Of a stretch of DNA of 64,000 nucleotides, positions 1 to 10,354 are shown one piece after another (position 1 is the first letter of the stretch; every line of letters starts with the position of its first letter). Location of the stretch: the NCBI GenBank assembly GCA_938004065.1, contig CALKWM010000039.1:65313-129312 (forward strand), read 5' to 3'. The DNA is from an uncultured bacterium (lineage in GTDB: Bacteria > Patescibacteriota > JAHJAL01). The translations under genes were made by a program, and so were the position numbers. The notes under the pieces are model-generated. The model had not been told where the DNA came from. It did no database searches and saw only the letters and a list, made by a program, of their open reading frames with translations.

Positions 1-1145
1 AACAGTTGATTCCTCTGCTAAATTCCGGCGATATCATCGTTGATGGCGGAAATTCTTTTTTTCAAGACACCATCAGAAGAGAAAAATATCTGCAAGAGAA
101 AGGTATAAATTTTGTCGGGATGGGTGTTTCCGGTGGTGAAGAAGGTGCTAGAAAAGGCCCCGCCATCATGCCCGGTGGCAGTCAAACAGCTTGGGAAAAA
201 CTAAGTCCGATCTTGCAAAAAATCGCCGCCAAAGATTTTACCGGCAACCCATGCGTGGCGCATATCGGCCCCAACGGGGCCGGCCATTACGTCAAGATGG
301 TTCACAATGGGATCGAATACATCGATATGCAACTTATTGCCGAAACCTACTGGTATATGAAAAAAGCAATGGGGTTGGACAACGAACAGATGGCGGCCCA
401 ATTCGAAATTTGGAACCAAGGCCGACTCAATTCTTTTTTGATCGAAATTACCGCCAAGATCTTGCGCCAAAAAGACGCCTCGGGCAACTATGTGCTTGAT
501 ACAATTTTGGATAGTGCCGGCAACAAAGGTACGGGCAAATGGACTTCGATCGAGTCATTGCATCTGGGCGCCCCTTCTTTTGGTTTTGTTGGTGCCGTTT
601 TGGCGAGATATGTCTCAGCACAAAAAGAACACCGCTTAGCTATCTCGTCACTATACCACAATCAGGAAAATAGCATAACTGATCAAATCAGCTTTGACCA
701 ATTGGAAAGTGCGCTGTATGTTTCCAAGATTTTGGCTTACGCCCAGGGTTACGAACTGCTATCTTTTGCCGGTAAAGAATACAACTGGAATTTGGATTTT
801 TCTCAAATATCCAATTTGTGGCAAGGAGGTTGCATTATTCGAGCTAAGTTTTTGCAAAAAATCGCTCAAGTTTTCGTGGAAAATAAAGCTACAAAAAATC
901 TTATCGAAACTGATTATTTTCGCGATATTTTGATTGAAGAAATGGATAATTTACGCAAAGTTATCATTGCCTCGGTCAAATCACACCTTCCGGTTACGGC
1001 TATGATGTCCGGATTGACTTATTTTGACAGCATGACCAGTGATCGGCTTCCCGCCAATTTGCTGCAAGCCCAACGGGATTTTTTCGGGGCCCATACCTAT
1101 CAAACCGAGATTAATGGCGAGTTTTACCACCACCAATGGGAATAA
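1..1145 (+). CDS. gnd: 6-phosphogluconate dehydrogenase (decarboxylating), 5'-truncated by the window edge
   Basis: Translation IVDGGNSFFQDTIRR...GVSGGEEGARKGPAIMPGG...HNGIEYIDMQLIAE matches the 6PGDH catalytic and C-terminal domains. The N-terminal NAD-binding part lies upstream of the window. Stop TAA at 1143-1145. Confidence 0.9.
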   Translation, partial: QLIPLLNSGDIIVDGGNSFFQDTIRREKYLQEKGINFVGMGVSGGEEGARKGPAIMPGGSQTAWEKLSPILQKIAAKDFTGNPCVAHIGPNGAGHYVKMVHNGIEYIDMQLIAETYWYMKKAMGLDNEQMAAQFEIWNQGRLNSFLIEITAKILRQKDASGNYVLDTILDSAGNKGTGKWTSIESLHLGAPSFGFVGAVLARYVSAQKEHRLAISSLYHNQENSITDQISFDQLESALYVSKILAYAQGYELLSFAGKEYNWNLDFSQISNLWQGGCIIRAKFLQKIAQVFVENKATKNLIETDYFRDILIEEMDNLRKVIIASVKSHLPVTAMMSGLTYFDSMTSDRLPANLLQAQRDFFGAHTYQTEINGEFYHHQWE

Positions 1146-1867
1146 CGCACAAAAGCAATATCAAATGGCATTACGTAAGAGATAATACGGAAGCGGCCAG
1201 GATCGTCGGCCAAAAAATTTCCGCCGATCTTACCAATTGGAACAATGAACCGGTGTTGCTTCTGCTCTCCGGCGGATCATCCCTGCGGATATTGGACTAT
1301 ATCGAAATCCAAAATTGGACAAATATTACCCTATTTTTTTTGGATGAAAGATTTAGTGTCAACAATACGGATAGTAATTTCGCCGAACTGACGCGAACAA
1401 ACTGGTTTACCGAAATTTCCCAAGCCAACGCCAACTTTATCGATAGCCGCGTACTCCCCGGCGAAAATCAAAATTCCTTTAGCAAGCGGTTAACCGAAAA
1501 TTTGAATAGTTGGCTTAAAAAAAATCCCACCGGCAAAAAAATAGCCATCATGGGAATGGGGCCGGACGGACATATCGGCGGTATCTTTCCCTACCCGGAA
1601 AATCCCGATTTATTTGCCGAGCTATTTACCGGTCGAGAACTGATTGTTTTACACGATGTTACCGGAAAAAACAAATTTCCCCACCGAGTTACCACCACTT
1701 ATAGTTTTTTTCATCTCATCGACAAAAGTTACGCCTATATTTGCGGGGAAGAAAAAAGAAAAGCTTTGTCCGAATTGCAAAAAAATAAATTGCCCCATTA
1801 TCAATTGCCGGCCAAAATCTTGTATAATTTAAAAGACGTATTTTTAGTAACCGATATCAATATTTAA
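1136..1867 (+). CDS. pgl: 6-phosphogluconolactonase (Pgl/NagB fold)
   Basis: LLLSGGSS and FFLDERF motifs typical of 6-phosphogluconolactonase/glucosamine-6-P deaminase. The ATG overlaps the gnd stop (ATGGGAATAA). It sits between gnd and zwf. Confidence 0.75.
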   Translation: MGITHKSNIKWHYVRDNTEAARIVGQKISADLTNWNNEPVLLLLSGGSSLRILDYIEIQNWTNITLFFLDERFSVNNTDSNFAELTRTNWFTEISQANANFIDSRVLPGENQNSFSKRLTENLNSWLKKNPTGKKIAIMGMGPDGHIGGIFPYPENPDLFAELFTGRELIVLHDVTGKNKFPHRVTTTYSFFHLIDKSYAYICGEEKRKALSELQKNKLPHYQLPAKILYNLKDVFLVTDINI

Positions 1868-1884
1868 TCAGTAACGCAAATTAA

Positions 1885-1980
1885 TTTTCTTATCTCTCAT
1901 CCTTGGAATTGACATCCGCCTAGGGTGGGTCTCGATATCTTTGGATGCATACCATGTTATTTAGCACTACGTATTATTAA
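1885..1980. repeat. Degenerate copy of a MITE-like intergenic element (family also at 3381-3635 and 23066-23205)
   Basis: Shares the T-run + atctCtcatccTTGgaat start, a ccgccTAgggtgg GC hairpin, a ggatGcataccat block and the terminal tttagcactacGtatTAt with the other copies. Ends about 12 bp before the zwf ATG. Confidence 0.55.
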
Positions 1981-1992
1981 ATAAATTTAGAT

Positions 1993-3375
1993 ATGTCCTC
2001 TCAAAAAAATCCGGTTGAATTTGTACTTTTTGGTGCCAGTGGTGATCTGTCACGGGAAAAAATATATCCCGCTTTATTCAACATTTTTGATCCCCAAAAT
2101 CCCTTTTCCTACGTCGGTTATTCTCGCACCCAATTTTCCGCCGATGAATTTGAAAAATTGGTCCGGGAAGCGGTCATCAAAAAATACCCGCATGCCAACA
2201 GGCAGAAATTAACACAATTTGCTCAACGTTTTCGATACATTAGCGGTTCCTATGACACTGATGGTATCGCCCGGTTAAAGTCCCATCAAAAAAATCTCTT
2301 CCGCTACTATTATTTGGCCATCCCATCTGATTTTGCTTTGATTAAAAATGTCGTTGATGGTCTGAAAAAAAATCAGTTAACTCAAAAAAGTATAATTGTT
2401 CTCGAAAAGCCGTTTGGTACTGATTACAATTCCGCCAAACAGTTAAATAACTTTTTGCTAAAGTATTTTCCGGAAGAAATGATCTATCGCATTGATCACT
2501 ACCTGGCCAAAGATCTGGTACAGGATATGCTGGCGTTGCGCTTTGCCAATCCGATTTTTGTTCCCATTTGGAACAACCGCTACATCCAAGACATCACCAT
2601 CAATATCATGGAAAAAGACGGCATCAGAAATCGCGGCCAATACTATGAAAATTCCGGCGCCATCAAAGATATGATTCAAAATCATGCCCTGCAACTATTG
2701 GCCTTGACCTTGATGGATATGCCCAAGAGTCTGTCCGCTCTCGATATTGATCTGGCCAAAACCAATATTTTAAAAAAACTAAAATTATATAAACATGACC
2801 AACTGGCTCCGGTAACCATCGGACAGTATGAGGGATATCGCCGGGAAAAATTTGTTGCTCCCCAATCTATGGTTGAAACTTTTGTCTCGATGATTGTGGC
2901 AGTCGATAGCGAAAAATGGCGCGGTGTCCCGATCCGCATTGTCTCCGGCAAAAAAATGCCACAAAAAACCACCGACATCATCGTCAATTTTAAAAATATC
3001 GATCATTGTTTGTGGAATAAAGGTCAATGCAAAATTTTAAATAACCAAATCCGGATAAATATTCAACCGGATAATGATATTCATCTGCGGCTCAATTCCG
3101 AATTTGATCCCATCTCCAAATGTGCCAATCCCACCGTATTACGTTTTGGTTACCAGGACAACAAATATATTTTGAAAGACTCATACGAAAATGCTTTGCA
3201 AGATTTATTTCACCAAGATCGATTTACTTGTACCAATTCCAGTGAAATATTGTTATCTTGGAAATTTATCGATGAACTAATGCAAAATCTAGCCAACGAT
3301 AGAAAAAATAATTTGCTTATTTATAATGCAAAAAACATCGACCGGATAATCAAAAAGCAGATTATTCACCAATAG
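1993..3375 (+). CDS. zwf: Glucose-6-phosphate 1-dehydrogenase
   Basis: FGASGDLSREKIYPALF (NADP-binding), EKPFGTDYNSAKQLN, RIDHYLAKDLVQDMLALRFANPIF and EKDGIRNRGQYYENSGAIKDMIQNH are canonical G6PD motifs. Confidence 0.92.
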   Translation: MSSQKNPVEFVLFGASGDLSREKIYPALFNIFDPQNPFSYVGYSRTQFSADEFEKLVREAVIKKYPHANRQKLTQFAQRFRYISGSYDTDGIARLKSHQKNLFRYYYLAIPSDFALIKNVVDGLKKNQLTQKSIIVLEKPFGTDYNSAKQLNNFLLKYFPEEMIYRIDHYLAKDLVQDMLALRFANPIFVPIWNNRYIQDITINIMEKDGIRNRGQYYENSGAIKDMIQNHALQLLALTLMDMPKSLSALDIDLAKTNILKKLKLYKHDQLAPVTIGQYEGYRREKFVAPQSMVETFVSMIVAVDSEKWRGVPIRIVSGKKMPQKTTDIIVNFKNIDHCLWNKGQCKILNNQIRINIQPDNDIHLRLNSEFDPISKCANPTVLRFGYQDNKYILKDSYENALQDLFHQDRFTCTNSSEILLSWKFIDELMQNLANDRKNNLLIYNAKNIDRIIKKQIIHQ

Positions 3376-3380
3376 TTTAA

Positions 3381-3635
3381 ATTTATGAGTAGTGCTAATT
3401 ATTTTTTTTATCTGTCATCCTCGAATCGATCCGCCTTGCCTGCCCGCCTTGGGTGGGGGCGGACGATAACTTGTCCGCCTCGGGCGGATCGGGGATCCAT
3501 ACCATATTTCTTAATTTATGAGTAGTGCAAAATAATTTTTTCCTGTCATCCTCGAATCTAAAGCGAGTCATCGAGCGCTTAGATATCGGGGATCCATACC
3601 ATATTTCTTATTTTTATTTAGCACTACTCATAAAT
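3381..3635. repeat. Two tandem MITE-like elements (units about 3381-3513 and 3514-3635) with terminal inverted repeats atttatgagtagtgc / gcactactcataaat
   Basis: Each unit is atttatgagtagtgc + T-run + (a)tc(c)tgtcatcctcgaatc + a variable GC-rich hairpin core + cggggatccataccatatttctta. The array ends with the inverted terminus tttagcactactcataaat 3 bp before the ATG at 3638. Cores contain ccgccttgggtggg and ccgcctcgggcgg hairpins. Confidence 0.7.
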
Positions 3636-3637
3636 TT

Positions 3638-5101
3638 ATGAAGACGAAAAAATTTACCATTCTCCATTCCAATGATATGCACGGTGACTTTCTGGCGGAG
3701 GCGGCGGCCGGCCAAGGTGAAATGATCGGCGGACTGGCTTTGTTGTCCGGATATATCAACCAAGTCCGCCGGGAAGAAGAAAATGTCTTGTATGTAATTT
3801 CCGGGGACATGGTCCAAGGATCTTTGATTGATTCCGAATACAAAGGCATTTCGACAATGGAAATCATGAATTATCTCTCTCCCGATGTGGTATCTTTGGG
3901 CAATCATGAATTTGATTATGGCTTGCCCCATCTATTATTTCTGGAAAAGATGGCCAATTTTCCGATAGTAAATGCCAATCTCTATATCAAAAAATACCAC
4001 AAACGTTTGATGCAACCTTATTTGATTATAAAAAAAGACGGTTTTGATATTCTCTTTACCGGCATTATTACTGAAAAAGTGATGGACTCGATCAGCCAGG
4101 ACAAATTGATCGGCAGTTTTGTAACCCTCGAAGAAGCCAGCGCCGAAGTTGGTAAGATTACCAACGCTTACAAAAAAGACGATATCGATTTAACTATTTT
4201 ACTGACTCATATTGGCTTTGAATCAGACTTGGAATTGGCCGGCATGCTCAAACCGGAATGGGGAGTAGACATGATTATCGGTGGACATTCGCATACGATT
4301 TTGGAAAAACCGGCCACAGTAAACAATATTTTAATTGCTCAAGCGGGGGTGGGCACCAATCAGATCGGTCGCTTCGATATCGTTGTCGATGATGACACCA
4401 ATAGTATTGTTGACTGGAAATGGCAACTGATCCCGATCAATGAAAAAATAGCCGAACCCGATCAGGAATTATTGGTTTATATTGACTCATACAAAAAAGA
4501 AGTAGATCGCAAATTCAATACTCTGATTGCCAAACTCGCCGGTAAATTGACTCACCCGGCTCGAGAAATTGAGACCAGTTTAGGCAATTTTGTCGCCGAT
4601 GCTTTTGCCGAAACGGCCGAATGCGATGTTATGTTCGTTGGTTCCGGCTCCATCCGTACCAAGGAACTTGGTCCCAAAGTAACGTTGGGTGATTTGAATG
4701 AATGTTTTCCTTACGACGATAGCTTAACCAGATTTACGATCGATGGTACTACCCTCAAACAAATATTTGCGTATATCATGCGACCGGAAAATCGTGATGG
4801 TGAAGGTGAATGTTATCAAGTAAGCTCCGGTATTGCCGCGGTATATGATGATAAAACCAAATCCCTGTCATCTTTGTCATACAAAAATAAACCGGTCAAA
4901 GACTCCGGTTGTTATCGAATTTGTCTGCAAGGTTATCATGTTAGCCAGGCGGCAAATTATCTGGGAGTTAGTGAAGAAATATTGCGAGAATCGGGGCAGG
5001 CCAAAGTCATCGCTACCTCCGCCAAAACCGTTTTGGAAGAATATGTAAGAAATCATCAAAACCAAAATTCCCAAATTGAAGGGCGCTTGGTCTATCGATA
5101 A
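3638..5101 (+). CDS. Bifunctional metallophosphatase/5'-nucleotidase (UshA family)
   Basis: N-terminal calcineurin-like phosphoesterase motifs (HSNDMHGD, GDMVQGS, GNHEFDYG, GGHSHT) followed by a 5'-nucleotidase C-terminal domain. Confidence 0.8.
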   Translation: MKTKKFTILHSNDMHGDFLAEAAAGQGEMIGGLALLSGYINQVRREEENVLYVISGDMVQGSLIDSEYKGISTMEIMNYLSPDVVSLGNHEFDYGLPHLLFLEKMANFPIVNANLYIKKYHKRLMQPYLIIKKDGFDILFTGIITEKVMDSISQDKLIGSFVTLEEASAEVGKITNAYKKDDIDLTILLTHIGFESDLELAGMLKPEWGVDMIIGGHSHTILEKPATVNNILIAQAGVGTNQIGRFDIVVDDDTNSIVDWKWQLIPINEKIAEPDQELLVYIDSYKKEVDRKFNTLIAKLAGKLTHPAREIETSLGNFVADAFAETAECDVMFVGSGSIRTKELGPKVTLGDLNECFPYDDSLTRFTIDGTTLKQIFAYIMRPENRDGEGECYQVSSGIAAVYDDKTKSLSSLSYKNKPVKDSGCYRICLQGYHVSQAANYLGVSEEILRESGQAKVIATSAKTVLEEYVRNHQNQNSQIEGRLVYR

Positions 5102-5106
5102 AATTT

Positions 5107-6921
5107 TTAACTTTTTCTCTGCTCGTGTATCAACATATCAACCGCCTGCTCCATCGATCCGGCCTCGACAATCCGGCCATTGTTGACAAAAAATATCACG
5201 TCCGCCTTGGCGATAGTATTTAGCCGGTGAGCGATAATCACCCGTATCGTTTTTTTAGGTAATTTGTCCAATATCTCTTGTAATAATTGTTCGGTCATCG
5301 TATCGATATTGGCGGTGGCTTCATCCAAAATCAACAAATCAGGTTGACGCAAAACCACTTGGATAAAAGCTATTAACTGTTTCTGACCGTGGCTGACACT
5401 GTCATCCCCCGGTTTTATTTGCGTTTCCAATCCATCGTTGAACCGATCCAATAATTTTTTTAGTCCCGCTTGTCGCAATATCTCCATCAGTTTTTCCGGG
5501 GTGGTATCCTGGCACAAATTATTACCATAAACGATGTTCTCGCGTAAAGAGCCGGTAAATAAAAATGGTTCTTGTAAAATATATCCGATTTTCTGCGTCC
5601 GCTCCTCTGGTTTGTAGGATCGAATATCCCGACCGCCAAAATATATCGTTCCGTTCGTTGGATCATAAAGTCGGGCCATCAGAGAAGCGGTAGTTGTCTT
5701 CCCGCCACCGGTCGGACCGACAAAAGCGTACGTTTTACCTGCTTCTAAATTGAAATTGATATTGCTTAAAACTTCTTTGCCATCAGGATAAGCAAAACTG
5801 ACATTTTTGAAAGTAATCAAATTTTCGGTCGAAACACTTTTTACCCCGATGTTTTTTTCAATCAGTAAATTATTTTTTAGTTCCAAGATATTTACTATCC
5901 GATCCCAACCGGCCAAGGCCACTTGAAAACCGGCCCACAATGAAGCCATCTGCCTCAATGGTGTATAAAAAATATTTACGTAAGCCAAATAACTCACCAA
6001 CCAACCGATAGTAAATTGGCCATTTCCAATAAGATATAAACCCAACATCAAGACGCCAAATTGTCCCAAATGAGCCAACAATCCGTATGTCGGGATAAAA
6101 ATATTGTTGGCCATTCCGGCCAAGATGGCCGATTGATAGTTTTGTTTGTTGACGAGGTCAAACTGTTTTTGAAAATAATCCCGCCGATTATAGGCCGCAA
6201 TCACCTTGAAATTGTCCAAGCTTTCTTGAATCTCAGCACTCATTCCGCCCGTATTTTGTAAACTTAAAGCATTGCGATTTTTAACCCAAGGCGACACCAA
6301 TCTGGTAAAAATCAGTAAAAACAAAGTTGGTATAAGTGCTACCAAACCCATCAGTGGATTGATCACTAACAGCAGTATCGCCGCACCGATCATGATGAAA
6401 ATATTGCCGACAAACTGCATCAGGGTTTGGGAAAAAAATTGGTTCAATTTATCACTATCGTTGTTTATCCTGGATATCAAATCTCCGGCTTTATTTTGGT
6501 TAAAAAAAGCTATCGGCAAATCCTGCAATTTGGTGAAAATGGCGTTTCTAAGTTCATATAACGCTTTTTGTCCGACAGTTCCCATCTTGATAGTCTGCAG
6601 ATAATTGGCCAAAAAAGCCAAGATAAAAAGAACCAACAATATTGCCGAATAAACCAACACACCATCAAAAAGTTTTTGTGATATGAAGCGATCAACCGCT
6701 TGCCCGATCAACACCGGCGCCATCAAATTGAGAACCGAATTCAAAATTATCGCTACTCCCGCCCAGATCAAATCTCGTTGGCTGGATTTCAAAAAAAGCC
6801 ACATGCTTTTCCAGGATCCGTATATTGAGGATTTAGAAACCTTATTTTCCTGATTGTTTTTTTGATTAAGATCGTAATTCATAACTACTGGTACTTTGTT
6901 GTGATTGATATATTTGAGCAT
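5107..6921 (-). CDS. ABC transporter, fused permease/ATP-binding subunit (MsbA/multidrug-exporter type)
   Basis: Six-TM N-terminal domain, Walker A GPTGGGKTT, ABC signature VSHGQKQ, Walker B LLILDEATANID. Confidence 0.85.
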   Translation of the reverse strand: MLKYINHNKVPVVMNYDLNQKNNQENKVSKSSIYGSWKSMWLFLKSSQRDLIWAGVAIILNSVLNLMAPVLIGQAVDRFISQKLFDGVLVYSAILLVLFILAFLANYLQTIKMGTVGQKALYELRNAIFTKLQDLPIAFFNQNKAGDLISRINNDSDKLNQFFSQTLMQFVGNIFIMIGAAILLLVINPLMGLVALIPTLFLLIFTRLVSPWVKNRNALSLQNTGGMSAEIQESLDNFKVIAAYNRRDYFQKQFDLVNKQNYQSAILAGMANNIFIPTYGLLAHLGQFGVLMLGLYLIGNGQFTIGWLVSYLAYVNIFYTPLRQMASLWAGFQVALAGWDRIVNILELKNNLLIEKNIGVKSVSTENLITFKNVSFAYPDGKEVLSNINFNLEAGKTYAFVGPTGGGKTTTASLMARLYDPTNGTIYFGGRDIRSYKPEERTQKIGYILQEPFLFTGSLRENIVYGNNLCQDTTPEKLMEILRQAGLKKLLDRFNDGLETQIKPGDDSVSHGQKQLIAFIQVVLRQPDLLILDEATANIDTMTEQLLQEILDKLPKKTIRVIIAHRLNTIAKADVIFFVNNGRIVEAGSMEQAVDMLIHEQRKS

Positions 6922-8620
6922 ATTCCGGACAGGTGGACAGCAATTGTTCGTGCCGACCGCTGGCGATCATTTCCCCCTCCATTAACAAGACAATTTGCTC
7001 ATAATGCTCGATGGTGGATATCTTTTGCGTCACCGAAATCAAGGTGATATGCGGATAATTTTTTTGAATATTTTGGAGAATTTTTTGTTCGGTTTGGTTG
7101 TCCACTCGAGCAGTAAAATCGTCCAGCAACAATATTTTTGGATTGAGAGCCAATGCTCTAGCCAGCATGATGCGCTGTTTTTGGCCACCAGATAAACTGG
7201 TTCCTCTCTCAGAGATGATCGTTTCCATTTTATCCGGCAGAGAATCGATGAACTCATCCAATTCGGCGGTTTGAATAGCTTTAATCATTGCATCATCGTC
7301 GATTGTATCGCCAAATGAAATATTTTCGCGCAAACTTAAATTGAACAATACGCTATCCTGAAAAACCAGACCGATTTGACGGTGCAAGCTATTCTGTTCA
7401 TGTTCCGATACATCAATACCATCGAAAAGTATTTTACCAAAATCAGGTTTGATTAATCCAATCAAAAGATACACGAGTTGCGTTTTACCGGCCGCGGTCG
7501 GTCCGATAATAGCCGTTTTGCTACCGGCCGGGAAATCTATCGTTACTTTTTTTAGTACCGTTTTTGAACCATAAATTTTGCTCACCTGTTCCAATCTTAA
7601 ATCGCCCCGTAATCTGTTTTTATTGTTTCCGTTTTCGCAGGGTACAGGTTGGTTCAATATCTCATCGATGCGTTCATAAGAGGCGGTTGCCTGGGCGATC
7701 AAGTTGCTCATAAAACCAATAATAATTATCGGAAAAATTAATATTGATACATAGTTCATAAAAGCAGTAAAATCACCTAGAGACAATTGATCGGAAATAA
7801 CCAGCTTTCCACCCAGAGCCAGGATAATTAATATAGTCAAATTGGCCACCAGAGAAATAATCGGAATCATCGTGGCAAATAATTTCAGAATTTCCATCCC
7901 CAGATTTTTAGCTTCCAAATTGGCCGACAAAAATTTATAGTACTCCGTTTGCTGGGAATTAAGCACTCTGATCAAACTTGCTCCCAAAATGCTTTCGTTA
8001 ATAGTCTGATTGAGACGATCGAGGATCTCCCTGGCTTTGGTAAACAATGTTTTGATCCGGCCAAAAATGACCGCAAAAGTCAGTCCGATAATCGGCACGA
8101 CTGCCAACACCGCCAAAGCCAACCGCCAATTCATGTAAATCAAGATAGTACTAACACCCAATATCACAAACAAGGAAGAGACAATCGATACTATTGCTTG
8201 GCCAACGAACATTTTAATCGAATCGATGTCAGCCGTCAGATTGGTCAGCAATCTGGCAGTTGTTTTCTCTTGGATAAAGGCGAAATTTTGATACGAAATT
8301 CGTTCGATTAATTTTTGCCTCAAATCTCTGGCCACTCTCTCTGACGCGATAGTCTGGACTATACTTTGCAGATAAAACAGGACAAAAACTCCGATCGCTG
8401 TTATACCAAAATACCAGCCGGTTTGTCGCATATCAAATACGCCCGCGGTAAAATCATCAATTGCCACGGCGATTATTTTTGGCACTATCAGATTGAGCGC
8501 ATTACTCAACAACGCCAGTACAATTAACAAAACTATCCACCAGGCATACGGTTTAAGTAAATCAATCATTTTACTCCAGGAATTATTCCTGTTATTGGTT
8601 TTGATAGCTGTTTTTTTCAC
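6866..8620 (-). CDS. ABC transporter, fused permease/ATP-binding subunit (partner of 5107-6921)
   Basis: TM domain + Walker A GPTAAGKTQ + signature LSGGQKQRIMLARAL. It overlaps the downstream paralog by 56 bp, the typical heterodimeric exporter arrangement. Confidence 0.85.
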   Translation of the reverse strand: MKKTAIKTNNRNNSWSKMIDLLKPYAWWIVLLIVLALLSNALNLIVPKIIAVAIDDFTAGVFDMRQTGWYFGITAIGVFVLFYLQSIVQTIASERVARDLRQKLIERISYQNFAFIQEKTTARLLTNLTADIDSIKMFVGQAIVSIVSSLFVILGVSTILIYMNWRLALAVLAVVPIIGLTFAVIFGRIKTLFTKAREILDRLNQTINESILGASLIRVLNSQQTEYYKFLSANLEAKNLGMEILKLFATMIPIISLVANLTILIILALGGKLVISDQLSLGDFTAFMNYVSILIFPIIIIGFMSNLIAQATASYERIDEILNQPVPCENGNNKNRLRGDLRLEQVSKIYGSKTVLKKVTIDFPAGSKTAIIGPTAAGKTQLVYLLIGLIKPDFGKILFDGIDVSEHEQNSLHRQIGLVFQDSVLFNLSLRENISFGDTIDDDAMIKAIQTAELDEFIDSLPDKMETIISERGTSLSGGQKQRIMLARALALNPKILLLDDFTARVDNQTEQKILQNIQKNYPHITLISVTQKISTIEHYEQIVLLMEGEMIASGRHEQLLSTCPEYAQIYQSQQSTSSYELRS

Positions 8621-8899
8621 GATATTAACATTATAACCCCGTTTGGTCGCTAATGAATAATGAATAATTAAGAATTAATTGAGAAACAAAAATTAGGTAT
8701 AATTAAACCGTTAAACATTAATTAACAACAAAAACATCAAATATTAAAAATATTTTTTTAAAATAAATTTCATGCAAATAATATTTGATGCGATTTTCGG
8801 TATGAAATTATTTATTTATATTATTTTTTAAATTATTTATTATTGCATAGTGCCAATTATTTTCCTCATTTGTTATCCTTATTAATTACCAATTTTAAA

Positions 8900-9652
8900 A
8901 TGTCTCAATACTATCAAGCCAACCGAGCCAGAAATATTTATAACCCCAAAGATAAAACACCGTTCAAATTATCCCGCTCTAAAATCGACTTATTTGTCGA
9001 ATGCCCCCGCTGTTTTTACCTCGATCGTCGCCTGGGAGTGGGTCGCCCGCCGGGATTTCCTTTTAGCTTGAATTCCGCGGTGGACAAATTGCTCAAGCAG
9101 GAATTTGATATTCATCGCCGTCATCAAACTACTCATCCTTTGATCGAAAAATACGGTATTGATGCTCATCCGGTAGCACATGAACAACTGGAACAATGGC
9201 GGGAAAATTTTGTCGGGATTCAATACTTGCACCAGCCAACAAATCTGACAATAACCGGCGCAATCGATGATCTTTGGATCAATTCGGCAAATGAATACAT
9301 CGTAGTGGACTACAAATCAACCGCCAAACAAGAACAAATTACCGCTCTCAATCAAGACTGGCACACCGGCTATAAACGGCAGATGGAAATATATCAATGG
9401 CTGCTTCGTCAAAATGGTCTCAAAGTATCCGACATCGGCTATTTTGTCTATTGCAATGGTCGTACCGATCGGGAAGCTTTCGATGGCAAACTGGAGTTTG
9501 ACATTACCTTGATCGCTTATGAAGGCCACGATGCTTGGATAGAACAAGTGCTTAATGATATTTATGCCTGTCTGCAATCATCCGATATCCCGCCTGCCCA
9601 TCCGGATTGCGACTATTGTGCGTATGTTACCGCCAGGCAAAGTTATAAATGA
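8900..9652 (+). CDS. PD-(D/E)XK family nuclease with Cas4/RecB-like Cys cluster
   Basis: N-terminal CPRCFY and C-terminal HPDCDYCAY (CxxC...CxxC) flank a core with a VVDYKST motif (D...E/D-x-K). The start is probably ATG 8900 (MSQYYQ) rather than the track start at 8843. Confidence 0.55.
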   Translation: MSQYYQANRARNIYNPKDKTPFKLSRSKIDLFVECPRCFYLDRRLGVGRPPGFPFSLNSAVDKLLKQEFDIHRRHQTTHPLIEKYGIDAHPVAHEQLEQWRENFVGIQYLHQPTNLTITGAIDDLWINSANEYIVVDYKSTAKQEQITALNQDWHTGYKRQMEIYQWLLRQNGLKVSDIGYFVYCNGRTDREAFDGKLEFDITLIAYEGHDAWIEQVLNDIYACLQSSDIPPAHPDCDYCAYVTARQSYK

Positions 9653-9705
9653 TAAAATATCTGGTAGTTATTATTTTTATAACGGTTTAGCAAAATATCA
9701 CATCA

Positions 9706-10245
9706 ATGAGTAAATGGTATAACTATATTTTTTTGTTTTTTGGCTTGTTTGGTTTTGTAGTGTCGCTTACAATACTTTTTTTCGCCATGCGCGCCGTTAT
9801 GGATGTCGGTGGATATTGCGCTGAGGGTGGGGCATATCAGATTTCCGTTCACTGTCCGGAGGGTGTCGCGTATCTAACGCCACTTTCGATTTTTGGTCTA
9901 TTGATCTTTGGTGGCATGTATTTTTTCAACGTCGTCCCCGCCGCTTTCAATTTTGGTTACCTATTCTGGACTGCGTTATTTGGGTCGCTGGGATGGAATT
10001 TTCTCGATTACGCGGTTTTTCAATCCGATAATATCGAAATTGCTTGGCTAATCTGTGCCATTTTGTTTTTACTGATGGCTTTTGGTCCTTTTATCCTGCT
10101 GGTTTTGGTCGCTGACGATATGAAAAATTACCGGGTTGGTTTTGGCAAAAATTTATTTAGAAAAATTATCCTTTTTCTCTATCAAATCATGGCCATTGCT
10201 CTGGGTATCTGGGTCGGGGCATACGTTTTTACCCACCTTTCTTGA
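9706..10245 (+). CDS. Hypothetical polytopic membrane protein
   Basis: 179-aa ORF with 4-5 hydrophobic helices and coding-like composition. No recognisable motif. Confidence 0.4.
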   Translation: MSKWYNYIFLFFGLFGFVVSLTILFFAMRAVMDVGGYCAEGGAYQISVHCPEGVAYLTPLSIFGLLIFGGMYFFNVVPAAFNFGYLFWTALFGSLGWNFLDYAVFQSDNIEIAWLICAILFLLMAFGPFILLVLVADDMKNYRVGFGKNLFRKIILFLYQIMAIALGIWVGAYVFTHLS

Positions 10246-10312
10246 ATATTTGATTTTCTTTTTTTGTCGTCAATTCTCCAAATATTTTTTTAGAGATTTT
10301 TTTGCATAAAAA

Positions 10313-10352
10313 ATAGGTAATCTTGAAAAAATAATTACCTACTTTATTTTTT
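10313..10352 (+). terminator. Rho-independent terminator downstream of 9706-10245
   Basis: Stem ataggtaat/attacctac followed by ctttatttttt. Confidence 0.5.
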
Positions 10353-10354
10353 AT

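Noticed and set aside
8843-8899. N-terminal 19 codons of the track ORF for the nuclease (MHSANYFPH...)
   Set aside because: Hydrophobic and AT-rich. The nuclease fold begins after M at 8900. Likely an ORF-caller extension into the promoter region.
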